The translations under genes and the position numbers were made by a program. A stretch of 64,000 nt of DNA from an uncultured Anaerolineaceae bacterium (GTDB lineage: Bacteria > Chloroflexota > Limnocylindria > Limnocylindrales > CSP1-4). Shown here one piece after another: positions 49,455 to 59,108 of this stretch. Under the pieces are notes generated by a model. It was not told the DNA's origin. It saw only the letters and a list, made by a program, of their open reading frames with translations, and did no database searches. The stretch covers positions 13,847 through 77,846 of the forward strand of contig CAYYVV010000007.1 of assembly GCA_964475245.1 (NCBI GenBank). The letters run 5' to 3'. How positions within the stretch are numbered: the stretch's first letter is position 1; each line of letters begins with the position of its first letter.

Positions 49455-50801
49455 ATGAGCGACCTGGCCGTTCCTGACGGCGTCCAAGCCGTGCTCGAGA
49501 CCCTCTGGTCGAGCGGCTTTGGCGCGTACGTCGTGGGCGGCGGCGTGCGCGATACGCTCCTCGACAGACGCCTGCCCACAGACTGGGACGTGGCCACGTC
49601 CGGCCGGCCCGAGCAGGTCAAAGAGGCACTGCCCGCGGGCCGCTACGAGAATCGCTTCGGCACGGTCACGCTCGAGGTCGCACCGTTCACGGTCGAGATC
49701 ACCACGTTCCGGCGTGACCACCAGTACGCCGATCACCGCCGGCCCGACTCGGTCACGTTCACCGATTCGCTCGCCGAGGACCTGGCTCGGCGCGATTTCA
49801 CGGTCAACGCGATCGCCTGGGGACGCGAGCCAACTCAAGATGTGGCCCATTTCGAGGATCCGACAAACGGAATGGCCGACCTCCAGGCTCGACTGCTGCG
49901 CGCCGTTGGCGAGCCTGCCAAGCGCTTCGACGAGGACGGCCTGCGCCTGCTGCGCGCAGCTCGTTTCGCGGGCCAGCTTGGCTTCACGATCGAGCCACTG
50001 ACGCTGGCCGCGATGCACGACACGGCTGCGACCGTCGGCTGGGTTTCGCAGGAACGGGTGGGCGGCGAGCTCCGGCGGATGGTCGCGGCTGACCCGCCGT
50101 CCGTCGCGTTCGTCGTTCTCGACGAGACCCGGGTCCTTGACCACGCGCTGCCGGAGCTCGCCGCCGAGCGCGGCGTGGCCCAGGACAAGCTGCCCGGCAT
50201 GGACCTCTGGGCGCACAGCCTGGCCACGCTCGACGCGGCGGCCAGGATCGATCCGGACAACGAAACGCTGCGCGTTGCCGCCCTGCTGCACGACATGGGC
50301 AAGCCGAGCACGTTCGCCGACGGCCACTTCGTGGGCCACGACACGGAGGGCGCCAGGATGGCCGAAGCGCTTCTCGCGCGGCTCGCATTCCCACGGCGCG
50401 AGATCGAGCCGGTCGCGGCGCTGATCGAGAACCACATGTTCAACTACGAGCCGCGCTGGAGTGGCGCGGCAGTTCGCCGCTTCATCCGCCGCGTCGGGCG
50501 CGAGAAGGTTGACGACCTTCTGAAGTTGCGCGCAGCTGACAACGTGGGCAGCGGTCTCGCGCCCGACGCGGGCCGGCTGGCCGAGCTGCGCCGGCGCATC
50601 GATGACGAGCTGCGCTTGAACCCGCCACTCAGCCTGGCCGACCTGGCCGTGCGTGGCGATGACCTGACGCGCGAGCTCGACATCCGGCCCGGTCCGCCCA
50701 TCGGCCGCCTGCTCGAGCGCCTGTTGCGCCTCGTCATCGCCGACCCCGCGCAGAATCGGCACGAGCTGCTCATCGAACACGCTCGTGACTGGCTGCGATG
50801 A
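49455..50801 (+). CDS. cca: CCA-adding tRNA nucleotidyltransferase with a C-terminal HD domain
   Basis: GGGVRD...DWD is the polymerase beta-like head. The HD region reads HSLATL...LLHDMGK. Confidence 0.85.
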   Translation: MSDLAVPDGVQAVLETLWSSGFGAYVVGGGVRDTLLDRRLPTDWDVATSGRPEQVKEALPAGRYENRFGTVTLEVAPFTVEITTFRRDHQYADHRRPDSVTFTDSLAEDLARRDFTVNAIAWGREPTQDVAHFEDPTNGMADLQARLLRAVGEPAKRFDEDGLRLLRAARFAGQLGFTIEPLTLAAMHDTAATVGWVSQERVGGELRRMVAADPPSVAFVVLDETRVLDHALPELAAERGVAQDKLPGMDLWAHSLATLDAAARIDPDNETLRVAALLHDMGKPSTFADGHFVGHDTEGARMAEALLARLAFPRREIEPVAALIENHMFNYEPRWSGAAVRRFIRRVGREKVDDLLKLRAADNVGSGLAPDAGRLAELRRRIDDELRLNPPLSLADLAVRGDDLTRELDIRPGPPIGRLLERLLRLVIADPAQNRHELLIEHARDWLR

Positions 50802-51187
50802 ACATCGATAACTACGAGAAGCAGATCCAGGCCGACCGGCTGCTGACCTATGGCCTGCTCGACCAGGCCGAGAAGCTGTACGACGAGGTGCTGGCGGCTG
50901 AGCCGGGCAACGTCGAGGTCGCGCTCGGCCTGGCGCGCGTCGCGCTCGAGCGCGGCGACGAGCAGCTCGCCCTCGAGCGCGTCAGGCGCGCACTCGCGAT
51001 CAACCCGGGTTTCGACGACGCCGTCAGGCTCGAACAGCGCCTGTCCGAGATCATCGCCACGCGCCAGGCCGGCGCGGCACATCACCCGGCACCGGCCGTC
51101 CGTCCCTCCGAGCAGGCAACCTTCGCGCGGAATCGGTCGATGGCCGATCATCGGGCGATCGAAAGCAAGAGGAACGAGCAGAAGTGA
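50798..51187 (+). CDS. Small TPR-like protein
   Basis: 129 aa with two TPR-like helical pairs. It overlaps both neighbours by 4 nt. Confidence 0.5.
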   Translation: MNIDNYEKQIQADRLLTYGLLDQAEKLYDEVLAAEPGNVEVALGLARVALERGDEQLALERVRRALAINPGFDDAVRLEQRLSEIIATRQAGAAHHPAPAVRPSEQATFARNRSMADHRAIESKRNEQK

Positions 51188-52176
51188 GAGTTCTCGTCAC
51201 CGGCGGCGCCGGCTTCGTCGGCAGCACCACGGCACAGCGCCTGATCGAGGCGGGCCACGAAGTCGTCGTCCTCGACTCGCTCGTCCTCGGCCATCGCCAG
51301 GCCGTGCCACAAGGTGCGCAGCTCGTCACCGGCGACATGGGCAATCGCGAGCTGGTCGCGCGGACGCTGCGTGAGCACGACATCGAGGCCGTTCTGCACT
51401 GCGCCGGCTTCTCGTTGGTCGGCGAGTCGGTCCAACAGCCACAGCGCTATTTCGACAACAACGTCGTCGGCGGCATCGCGTTTCTGGACGCGCTGCAGGC
51501 AGCGGGAATCCGACGCGTGGTGTTCTCGTCGAGCGCCGCCGTCTACGGTGCGCCTGGCCGCGTACCGATCCAGGAAAGCGATCCCCTGGCGCCGATCAAC
51601 CCCTATGGTGCGACGAAGGTCGCCCTCGAGAACGCACTGGTCGCATACGCACGGGCGTACAACTGGGGCGTCGTATCGCTGCGCTATTTCAACGCTGCAG
51701 GAGCCACCGACCGATTCGGCGAGGCCCATGATCCGGAGGCGCACCTGATCCCGAACATCCTGACCGCGGTCGGCCGCGACGAGCGGATCAAGATCTTCGG
51801 CAACGATTACCCAACGCCCGACGGCACGTGCATCCGCGACTACATCCACGTCGACGATCTCGCCGCGGCTCATGCGGCCGCACTCGAGTTCACTGCCGGT
51901 GCCGAAGACGGCCACACGGCGCTCAACCTGGGCTCGGGCAGCGGCTACTCGAACCTCGAGGTCCTGCACGCGGCGGAGCGGGTGCTCGGCCATCCGATCG
52001 ACTACGACTTCACGCCCCGCCGCGCGGGCGATCCGCCGGTGCTCGTCGCGAGCAACGATCGTGCCCGCGATGTCCTGGGCTGGCGGCCACGGCGCGGGAT
52101 CGAGGAGATGATCGAGTCGGCGTGGCGCTGGCGGCAGGATCATCCAAACGGATACGACGAGGCCGCCCAGGACTGA
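51184..52176 (+). CDS. galE: UDP-glucose 4-epimerase
   Basis: VLVTGGAGFVGS, the YxxxK region and the SDR extended fold. Confidence 0.9.
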   Translation: MRVLVTGGAGFVGSTTAQRLIEAGHEVVVLDSLVLGHRQAVPQGAQLVTGDMGNRELVARTLREHDIEAVLHCAGFSLVGESVQQPQRYFDNNVVGGIAFLDALQAAGIRRVVFSSSAAVYGAPGRVPIQESDPLAPINPYGATKVALENALVAYARAYNWGVVSLRYFNAAGATDRFGEAHDPEAHLIPNILTAVGRDERIKIFGNDYPTPDGTCIRDYIHVDDLAAAHAAALEFTAGAEDGHTALNLGSGSGYSNLEVLHAAERVLGHPIDYDFTPRRAGDPPVLVASNDRARDVLGWRPRRGIEEMIESAWRWRQDHPNGYDEAAQD

Positions 52177-52799
52177 TGGGCCGGGAGCTCGACGCCTTTC
52201 CAAGTGACGCCCACCTTTGGCGACCACAGCGCGCCAAGGTCCGCAAGGGTGCGCCGTACATCGACAACGCCATTGCCGAGCCGTTCTGGAATGGCACGCG
52301 CGTGCTCGTCCTGTTTCGGGAATCCGAGCGACAGGACGAGTTCGGGTCAGTCGAGGCGATCGATGAGGCAGGCGCCGACGCATTCGAACAGGCGCCGCGC
52401 GCATTGGACCACCTGCGCCGCTCGATCTTTGCGCGCGAAGCCGTTGTGGACGGCATCGTGACCGGCCAGTCGCTGGAGCCGGGTGTCGCGATCGAATTTG
52501 ACGAGCACCATGGGCGATTGGGCAATGATCTCGCCTTCGTGGCGCTCGACCTGCTGCGCATCGACCACGAGACGCTCTTCGATGTGCCGCTGCTGGAGCG
52601 CAAGCGCCTGCTCGAGGGTGCCATCAAGCAGAGCCTGCTGGTGCGTATCTCGCCGTGGGTCACGCCGCCCATCTCGGCGTGGCTGCGGACCTGGACGCAT
52701 GCCGGGTTCAAGGGGGCCATGGTCAAGAACTCGAACAGCCGCTACGTCCCCGGTTCGACGACCATCGAATGGGCGCCCGTTGATGGCGATTTGCGTTGA
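52175..52799 (+). CDS. ATP-dependent DNA-ligase-like nucleotidyltransferase domain protein with substituted catalytic motifs (probable pseudo-ligase)
   Basis: The motif I position reads AEPFWNGTR instead of EPKxDGxR. The motif III position reads VVDGIV. The motif IIIa position is AFVALDLLRIDHETLFDVPLLERKRLLE. The motif IV position reads KGAMVK instead of EGxVxK. This is followed by SRYVPGSTTIEW. Confidence 0.5.
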
Positions 52800-53908
52800 G
52801 TGCGGGTCGGATCTGGCCGCTGGCAGTGCGCAGGGCACGGCCGCAGGACGAGCAACAGGTCATGGCCTTCTCGACCCGGACGTGGGGTGGCTGGGACTAC
52901 ATGCCGCGCGCGTGGCCGCGCTGGATTGACGCGCCCGATGGCGTGCTGCTCGTCGGCGTCGTCGGCGGAGATGGCGGGGTTGACGCTGAAGGCGCCGCGC
53001 TGGACGCGGGAACGGTCGTGGCGGTCGTCCGGGTGGCAATGCCAGCCGCCACAGAGGCCTGGCTCGAGGGCATCCGGGTCGACCCGCGCGTCCGCGCCAC
53101 GGACGTCGCCTCTGACCTCCAGGTCGCCGAGCTGCACTGGGCGGCCGCGAACGGCGCGCGCATCGTTCGCTACGCGACGAGCGCGCGCAACGAGGGCTCC
53201 ATGCGCCTGGGCGCGCGGGGCGGCTTCGAGCTGATCGCGAGGCTGCCGGGCATCTCGTGGGATGCGCCGGCGCCGGCGGGAGCAGCTGCGAGCACAGACC
53301 ACGGCAACCACGATCCGAGCGGCTTCGACCCATACATACAGGCCGAGGCCCGCCGGCGCCGGCGCGCGCTGCTCGCCAGGCTCGCCGAGCGCGGGATGAT
53401 CGCCACGGCCGGCCGCAGCGACGAGTTGTGGGCGCTGCTCGACGTCGACGAGGGCTTCAACGCCGCTGCGCGGCTGTATGAGCCGCGGCCATGGGCGCTC
53501 GAGGAGCTGACTCAGGCCAAGTTCGCGGCCCATGCCGGACGCGGCGAGGTCGTCGCCAGTGACGCGGAAGACGGGACCGCCGTGGCGATCATCGTCGCCG
53601 ACGTGGCACCCGCCGAGGACGCGGCGATCCGGTTGTCAATGCTGGACGGCGCGCCGTACGCCGCCTTCAATCTCGTGGACACGGCTCGCGAGCTGTCCGG
53701 GACGGGCATCCGCTTCCGCTACGCGTACGGCGCGCCGCTCGTGGCCGGTGTCGAGCACCTCTACCGCGACGAGGGCTACACGTTCAGCGAATGGCCGCTG
53801 CACATCCTGGCCCGCGAGATGGACGCTGCCCACCCGGTGCCGCCAATCGACCCTGCTGCGCTCACCCTGCTCGATCAGCCAGGTGCCGCGATAACGCCTG
53901 CCCAGTAA
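52796..53908 (+). CDS. Hypothetical protein with an N-terminal GNAT-like domain
   Basis: 370 aa with an acetyltransferase-like N-terminus. Weak. Confidence 0.5.
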   Translation: MSAGRIWPLAVRRARPQDEQQVMAFSTRTWGGWDYMPRAWPRWIDAPDGVLLVGVVGGDGGVDAEGAALDAGTVVAVVRVAMPAATEAWLEGIRVDPRVRATDVASDLQVAELHWAAANGARIVRYATSARNEGSMRLGARGGFELIARLPGISWDAPAPAGAAASTDHGNHDPSGFDPYIQAEARRRRRALLARLAERGMIATAGRSDELWALLDVDEGFNAAARLYEPRPWALEELTQAKFAAHAGRGEVVASDAEDGTAVAIIVADVAPAEDAAIRLSMLDGAPYAAFNLVDTARELSGTGIRFRYAYGAPLVAGVEHLYRDEGYTFSEWPLHILAREMDAAHPVPPIDPAALTLLDQPGAAITPAQ

Positions 53909-53917
53909 GGTTCGGCT

Positions 53918-55213
53918 GTGCCAGCCGCTGCCCTGCCCAAAGCGATCCGCGAGGCCGTCGCCAAGCTGGGCAGTGCCGACATCATGGTCGGCATCCCCTC
54001 GTATCGGAACGCCGCCACGATCGGCCATGTCGCTCGCGCGGCCCAGGCCGGCCTGGCGCAGTACTTCCCCGACCTGCGCCCCGTGCTCGTCAACGCCGAT
54101 GCCGGCTCGCCCGACGAGACCCAGCGCGTGGTCGTCGAGACCGAACCGCCCGAGTACGTCGAGCGCATCCTGCTCGTGCGGCCCACGAATCGGGTCCAGC
54201 GCATCTCGCTGACCTACCCCGAGATCGACGGCGTGGGCGGCAAGGGCGCAGCGTTGCGCACCATCTTCCAGATCGCCGGAGCGCTGAAGGTCGGTGCCCT
54301 GGTCGTCGTCGACTCCGACCTGCGCTCGATCGTGCCCGAGTGGATCGAGCTGCTCGCCGGCCCCATCCAGAAGGGCGGCTTCGACTTCGTGGCGCCGCTC
54401 TACACGCGCTACAAGTACGACGGCACGATCACCAACACGGTCACCTACCCGATGACTCGGGCGCTCTACGGCCTGCGCATCCGCCAGCCGATTGGCGGCG
54501 ACTTCGGCGTCAGTGGCGATCTCGTCCGGCATTATCTCGAGCAGGACGATTGGGATGCCGACGTGTCCAAGTTCGGCATCGACATCTGGATGACGACCAA
54601 GGCCATCACCGGCGGATTTGCGGTCTGCCAGACCCGACTCGGGGCCAAGGTGCACGACCCCAAGGACCCCGGCGCCGACCTCGGACCCATGTTCTCGCAG
54701 GTGGTCGCCACGCTGCTCCGGCTGACCGACGAGCACGCCGAGCGCTGGCTCGACGTACGCGGTTCGCACGACGTCCCGATCTACGGCTTCGAGCGCCTGC
54801 TCGATCCGCCGCCGCTGACGGTCAACACGGCGCGCCTGCTCGAGGAGTTCGTCAAGGGCCGCCTGAACGTGGGCGACGAGTGGCAGATGGCACTCGCCGC
54901 CGACAACCTCGACGCGGTGGGCGCGCTGATCGGCGACGCTCAGGCTGCGCTCGACGGCGGACCGTTCGTGTTTCCCGACGAGCTCTGGGCGCGCATCGTG
55001 TACGACGTGGCGATTGCCAACCACGAGCGACGGCTGGAGCTGGAGCATCTTGTCGCCGCGCTCATCCCGCTCTATTTCGGCCGCGTCGCATCGCTCGTGC
55101 TCGAGACGGCCGAGATGACGACTGACCAGGCCGAGGCGTTCGTCGAGCGCCAGGCGCGCGTCTTCGAGCTGAGCAAGCCATACCTTGTCGAGCGCTGGAG
55201 GCGAGCGACATGA
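53918..55213 (+). CDS. GT81-like retaining glycosyltransferase, paralogous to the downstream GpgS domain
   Basis: IPSYRNAATIG, ADAGSPDET, GKGAAL and VVVDSDL run parallel to the GpgS motifs LPTLNEAATIG, DSDSTDET, GKGEAL and WSDTDI. Confidence 0.65.
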   Translation: MPAAALPKAIREAVAKLGSADIMVGIPSYRNAATIGHVARAAQAGLAQYFPDLRPVLVNADAGSPDETQRVVVETEPPEYVERILLVRPTNRVQRISLTYPEIDGVGGKGAALRTIFQIAGALKVGALVVVDSDLRSIVPEWIELLAGPIQKGGFDFVAPLYTRYKYDGTITNTVTYPMTRALYGLRIRQPIGGDFGVSGDLVRHYLEQDDWDADVSKFGIDIWMTTKAITGGFAVCQTRLGAKVHDPKDPGADLGPMFSQVVATLLRLTDEHAERWLDVRGSHDVPIYGFERLLDPPPLTVNTARLLEEFVKGRLNVGDEWQMALAADNLDAVGALIGDAQAALDGGPFVFPDELWARIVYDVAIANHERRLELEHLVAALIPLYFGRVASLVLETAEMTTDQAEAFVERQARVFELSKPYLVERWRRAT

Positions 55214-57132
55214 GCCCGGTCAGCGGCCTGCCGCGGCGCATCCTGATCCCGCTCGCAAATCCGCGCACGGCCGCGGACCTGATCAAGGTCGGCGCCGGGC
55301 TGCTCGCGCCGGGCGGAACGTTGACCGCTGTCGGCATCGTCGAGGTCCCGGAGGGCATGCCGCTGTCGGAAGGCGCGACCAAGGCGCGCCAGGCTCGGCG
55401 GCTGCTGCAGCGTGTCTACGAGTTCGCCCCGCCAGGCGTCGAGCTGCGCACGGTCGTGCGCATCGGCCGCCGGGCCGCCGAGGGCATCGTCGAGCTGGCC
55501 ACGGAAGAGGAGGCGGATCTCGTCATCTTCGGCTGGGCGGGGCGGCCCGGCGGCCATCAACCGGCCCACGACGCGGTCTTCTCGCCGACGATCGACGAGG
55601 TCGTGCGCCTCGCACCGTGCAACATCGCGGTCGTCAAGCAGCGCGGCATCAAGGACGTGCGGCGCATCCTGACGCCGGTGCGCGGCGGCCCGCACGCCGA
55701 GCTGGCGCTGAGCTTCGCCTGTGCGCTGGGCAGGTACTTCGAGGCCGCCGTGGACGTGGCCCACGTCGTCCCTGCCGATATCTCACCGGTCGTGCGGGCC
55801 CAGATGGAGCGCGCCCTGACGACCTTCGTGCGCCTCAATGCCGACGAGCCGGCGCGGCCGCTGCTGATCGACGGCACGAACGTCGCGACGGCGATCATCC
55901 GCGAGGCCGAGTCGGCGCAGCTGGTGGTCATGGGCGCGGCCGCGATGGCACCGACGAGCACGGCCAATCTCGAAGGCGCGCTGTTCGGCGTGCTGCCCGA
56001 GACCGTCGCCCAGCACGCCCAGCCGTCGGTCATGGTCGTCAAGACGCGCGAGCCACTGAGCAGTCAGACGTTCGAGCAGCGCGCCGCGCAGGCCGAGACG
56101 CTGGAGGCCGCCGACCTTGCCGCCGAGCAGGCGCGCAGCGTGGCCGCCCGAGTCGACCGCTGGTTCGCCGAGTCGAACTACCACCACAGCGAGTTCGCCG
56201 ACCTGGGCCACCTCGTCGCGCTCAAGGAGCGCCAGGGACTCACGATCAGCGCGGTGCTGCCAACGCTCAACGAGGCGGCCACGATCGGGCCGATCGTGCG
56301 CCAGGCGCGGCGCGAGCTGGTCGAGCGCTTTCCGCTCGTCGATGAGCTGCTCGTCATCGACAGCGATTCGACCGACGAGACTCGCTCAATCGCGGAGGCG
56401 GAAGGCGCGCGGGTCGTCGTCCATTCGGACGTCCTGGCCCAATACGGCAGCTTCCGCGGCAAGGGCGAGGCGCTCTGGAAGAGCCTCTACGCGACGACCG
56501 GCGACCTGGTCGCGTGGTCGGACACGGACATCGTCGACTGGCACCCGCGCTTCCTGTACGGGACGCTGGGTCCGCTCCTCGCCGAGCCGCGCATCGGCTA
56601 CGTCAAGGCCTACTACCAGCGCCCGATCGTCGAGGGCGGCGTGCTCAAGGAGGGCGGCGGCGGACGCGTCACAGAGCTCGTCGCGCGGCCGCTGATCAAT
56701 CTCTTCTTCCCCGAGCTGTCGGGCTACATCCAGCCCCTGGCCGGCGAATACGCCGGCCGCCGCGTCCATCTCGAGCAGATCCCATTCTTCACCGGCTACG
56801 CGGTCGAGATCGGCCACCTGATCGACCTCGCCGAGCGGCTCGACCTGGCCGGACTGGGCCAGGTCGACCTCGAGGTGCGCATCCACCGCAACCAGGAGCT
56901 CGAGGGACTGTCGAAGATGAGCTTCGTCATCCTCCAGGCGGTCATGAAGCGGCTCGAGGAGCGGCGCAAGGCGCACCTCTTCGCCGAGCTGGGCTCGAGC
57001 ATCAAGCTGCCACGCTCCGGGCCGGGCCACCTGTCGCTGGAGGTGATCGACCTCGCCGACCAGGAAAGACCGCCGATGATCCGGATTCCGGAGTACGCCG
57101 AACGCCGGACGGCGGTCGCGACGCTGGGCTGA
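55210..57132 (+). CDS. gpgS: Fusion protein: two universal-stress-protein (UspA) domains followed by glucosyl-3-phosphoglycerate synthase (GpgS, GT81)
   Basis: The C-terminal 320 aa or so align along their whole length with mycobacterial GpgS (LPTLNEAATIG, GKGEALW, GGGRVTELVARPL, PLAGEYA). The N-terminal part of about 300 aa has two USP-like alpha/beta units. Confidence 0.8.
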   Translation: MSPVSGLPRRILIPLANPRTAADLIKVGAGLLAPGGTLTAVGIVEVPEGMPLSEGATKARQARRLLQRVYEFAPPGVELRTVVRIGRRAAEGIVELATEEEADLVIFGWAGRPGGHQPAHDAVFSPTIDEVVRLAPCNIAVVKQRGIKDVRRILTPVRGGPHAELALSFACALGRYFEAAVDVAHVVPADISPVVRAQMERALTTFVRLNADEPARPLLIDGTNVATAIIREAESAQLVVMGAAAMAPTSTANLEGALFGVLPETVAQHAQPSVMVVKTREPLSSQTFEQRAAQAETLEAADLAAEQARSVAARVDRWFAESNYHHSEFADLGHLVALKERQGLTISAVLPTLNEAATIGPIVRQARRELVERFPLVDELLVIDSDSTDETRSIAEAEGARVVVHSDVLAQYGSFRGKGEALWKSLYATTGDLVAWSDTDIVDWHPRFLYGTLGPLLAEPRIGYVKAYYQRPIVEGGVLKEGGGGRVTELVARPLINLFFPELSGYIQPLAGEYAGRRVHLEQIPFFTGYAVEIGHLIDLAERLDLAGLGQVDLEVRIHRNQELEGLSKMSFVILQAVMKRLEERRKAHLFAELGSSIKLPRSGPGHLSLEVIDLADQERPPMIRIPEYAERRTAVATLG

Positions 57133-57142
57133 CGACAGCACC

Positions 57143-58291
57143 ATGCGCGTGCTGATTGCGCCCGATTCGTTCAAGGGCTCGCTCGACCCGCTGGCGGTCG
57201 CGCGTGCCATGCACGACGGCTGGCAACGCGCGCGACCGCTGGATTCGCTGCGCCTGGAGCCGCTCGCCGATGGCGGCGAGGGCACGCTCGAGGCGATCAA
57301 GGCGGCCGGCGGCGACTGGATCGAGCTGCCCGCCCACGCCCGCGACCCGCTCGGTCGCACGATGCGCACCTCGTTCCTGCGCCGCGGCGACGAGGGTGTC
57401 GTCGAGCTCGCCGCGGCCTCCGGCCTGTCGCGCGTGACGGCCCCCGAGCGCGACGCGATGGCGGCATCGACGTTCGGGACCGGTCTGGTGCTTGCCGCGG
57501 CGATCACCCTGGGTGTGCGCAGGATCGTGCTCGGCCTGGGCGGCAGTGCCACGACCGACGGCGGTGCCGGACTGCTGACTGCCCTCGGCGCCCAGTTCCT
57601 TGACTCGACCGGAAAGGAGATTCCGGTTGGCGGCGCCGGGCTCGCGCAGCTCGCCCGGGTGGATCTGAGCGAGGTTTCGCTCATCCTGGGCGAGGTGGCG
57701 CTGACGATCGCGTCTGACGTGACCAATCCCCTTCTCGGCGAGCACGGCGCTGCTGCCGTCTACGGTCCGCAGAAGGGCGCCGACGAAGAGCAGGTCCGCG
57801 TGCTGGACGCCAACCTCGCGCGCTACGCGGACCTGCTCGAACAAGCCAGCGGCCGGCCGATCCGCGACATCCGGGGCGCGGGCGCGGCCGGTGGCACGAC
57901 CGCTGGCCTGCTCGCCATCGCGGACCGCTTCGCGTCGTTCGAGATCAGGCCCGGGGTCGAGGTGGTCATGGAGCTGACCGGGTTCGACGCGGCCCTCGCG
58001 GACAGCGACCTGGTCCTGACGGGCGAGGGCCGCGTCGATGAGCAGACGGCGTTCGGCAAGACCGCGTTCGGCGTGGCGCGGCGAGCGCAATCCGCGGGCA
58101 AGAGCTGCATCTGCCTGTGTGGCGGCGCGACGGTGGAGGGCATCTCCGCGCTCGCCGCGCTCGGCGCGATCGTCGTCCCGACTGTCGAGCAGCCCACGAC
58201 CCTCGAGAACGCCGTTGCCGCCGGCGCGGCACCGATCATGCGTGCCGCGGAGCGCGCCGCCCGATTAGTCTCGTTGGGTGCCAGCCACTAA
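57143..58291 (+). CDS. glxK: Glycerate kinase (GlxK/GarK family)
   Basis: VLIAPDSFKGSL, ADGGEGT, LGLGGSATTDGGAG. Confidence 0.85.
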   Translation: MRVLIAPDSFKGSLDPLAVARAMHDGWQRARPLDSLRLEPLADGGEGTLEAIKAAGGDWIELPAHARDPLGRTMRTSFLRRGDEGVVELAAASGLSRVTAPERDAMAASTFGTGLVLAAAITLGVRRIVLGLGGSATTDGGAGLLTALGAQFLDSTGKEIPVGGAGLAQLARVDLSEVSLILGEVALTIASDVTNPLLGEHGAAAVYGPQKGADEEQVRVLDANLARYADLLEQASGRPIRDIRGAGAAGGTTAGLLAIADRFASFEIRPGVEVVMELTGFDAALADSDLVLTGEGRVDEQTAFGKTAFGVARRAQSAGKSCICLCGGATVEGISALAALGAIVVPTVEQPTTLENAVAAGAAPIMRAAERAARLVSLGASH

Positions 58292-59108
58292 GCGCCCGCC
58301 GGCGAAGCGCAAGCGGGCCAAGCCGGATCCGGTCAAGGCCTGGCACTCACGGCTGCGCCGCTACCGGCCGAGCCTGATGCCCGACACGCTCGACGCGCTC
58401 CGGCTGATGTACGGCCGGCCAACCTGGCAGCGCGTCTACGACCCGACGAGCGAGCTCGTGCTGACCATGCTCTCGGCCAACAGCGCCGACATCAACGCGG
58501 AGAAGGCCTTCGACGCCCTGTGCCGGCACTGGCCCGCGCAGGATGGCAAGCAATCAGTCGGTGCCAAATCCGGCTTTCGCGCTGGCTGGGGCGGTGTCGG
58601 TATCGAGGAGGGCGAGGCTGACTGGTCGGCCATCGCCGACGCGCCGCTCGACGAGCTGATCGACGTCATCCGGCCGGGCGGTCTCGGGCCGACCAAGGCA
58701 CCGCGCATCCAGGCCGTGCTGCGCAAGATCCTCGACGAAAGGGGCGACTTCTCGCTCGAGTTCCTGGGCGAGAGGACGCCAGCCGATGCGATCGCGTGGC
58801 TGACCCAGATCCCGGGCATCGGGCGCAAGACCGCGTCAGTTGTGCTGCTCTTCTCATTCGGCATGCCGCTCATGCCCGTCGACCGGCATATCGAGCGGGT
58901 CACCAAGCGCATCGGGCTCGTGCCGCCGAAAGCCACGCCCGAGCAGGCTCACGACTACCTCCAGGTCCAGCTCGACGACGAGCGCGTCCACGAGGCACAC
59001 GTCAACCTGATCACCCACGGCCGACAGACGTGCCACGCGCAGCGGCCCGCGTGCGGCCGCTGCGCCATAGCGGCGCGCTGCCGCTATCTCGACCCGAAAG
59101 CGCCCTAG
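58278..59108 (+). CDS. nth: Endonuclease III-like HhH-GPD base-excision glycosylase with a 4Fe-4S cluster loop
   Basis: HhH-GPD (LTQIPGIGRKTASVVL...VDRH) and CHAQRPACGRCAIAARC. The basic N-terminal tail may or may not be translated; an alternative start is 58377. Confidence 0.8.
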   Translation: MPATKRPPAKRKRAKPDPVKAWHSRLRRYRPSLMPDTLDALRLMYGRPTWQRVYDPTSELVLTMLSANSADINAEKAFDALCRHWPAQDGKQSVGAKSGFRAGWGGVGIEEGEADWSAIADAPLDELIDVIRPGGLGPTKAPRIQAVLRKILDERGDFSLEFLGERTPADAIAWLTQIPGIGRKTASVVLLFSFGMPLMPVDRHIERVTKRIGLVPPKATPEQAHDYLQVQLDDERVHEAHVNLITHGRQTCHAQRPACGRCAIAARCRYLDPKAP

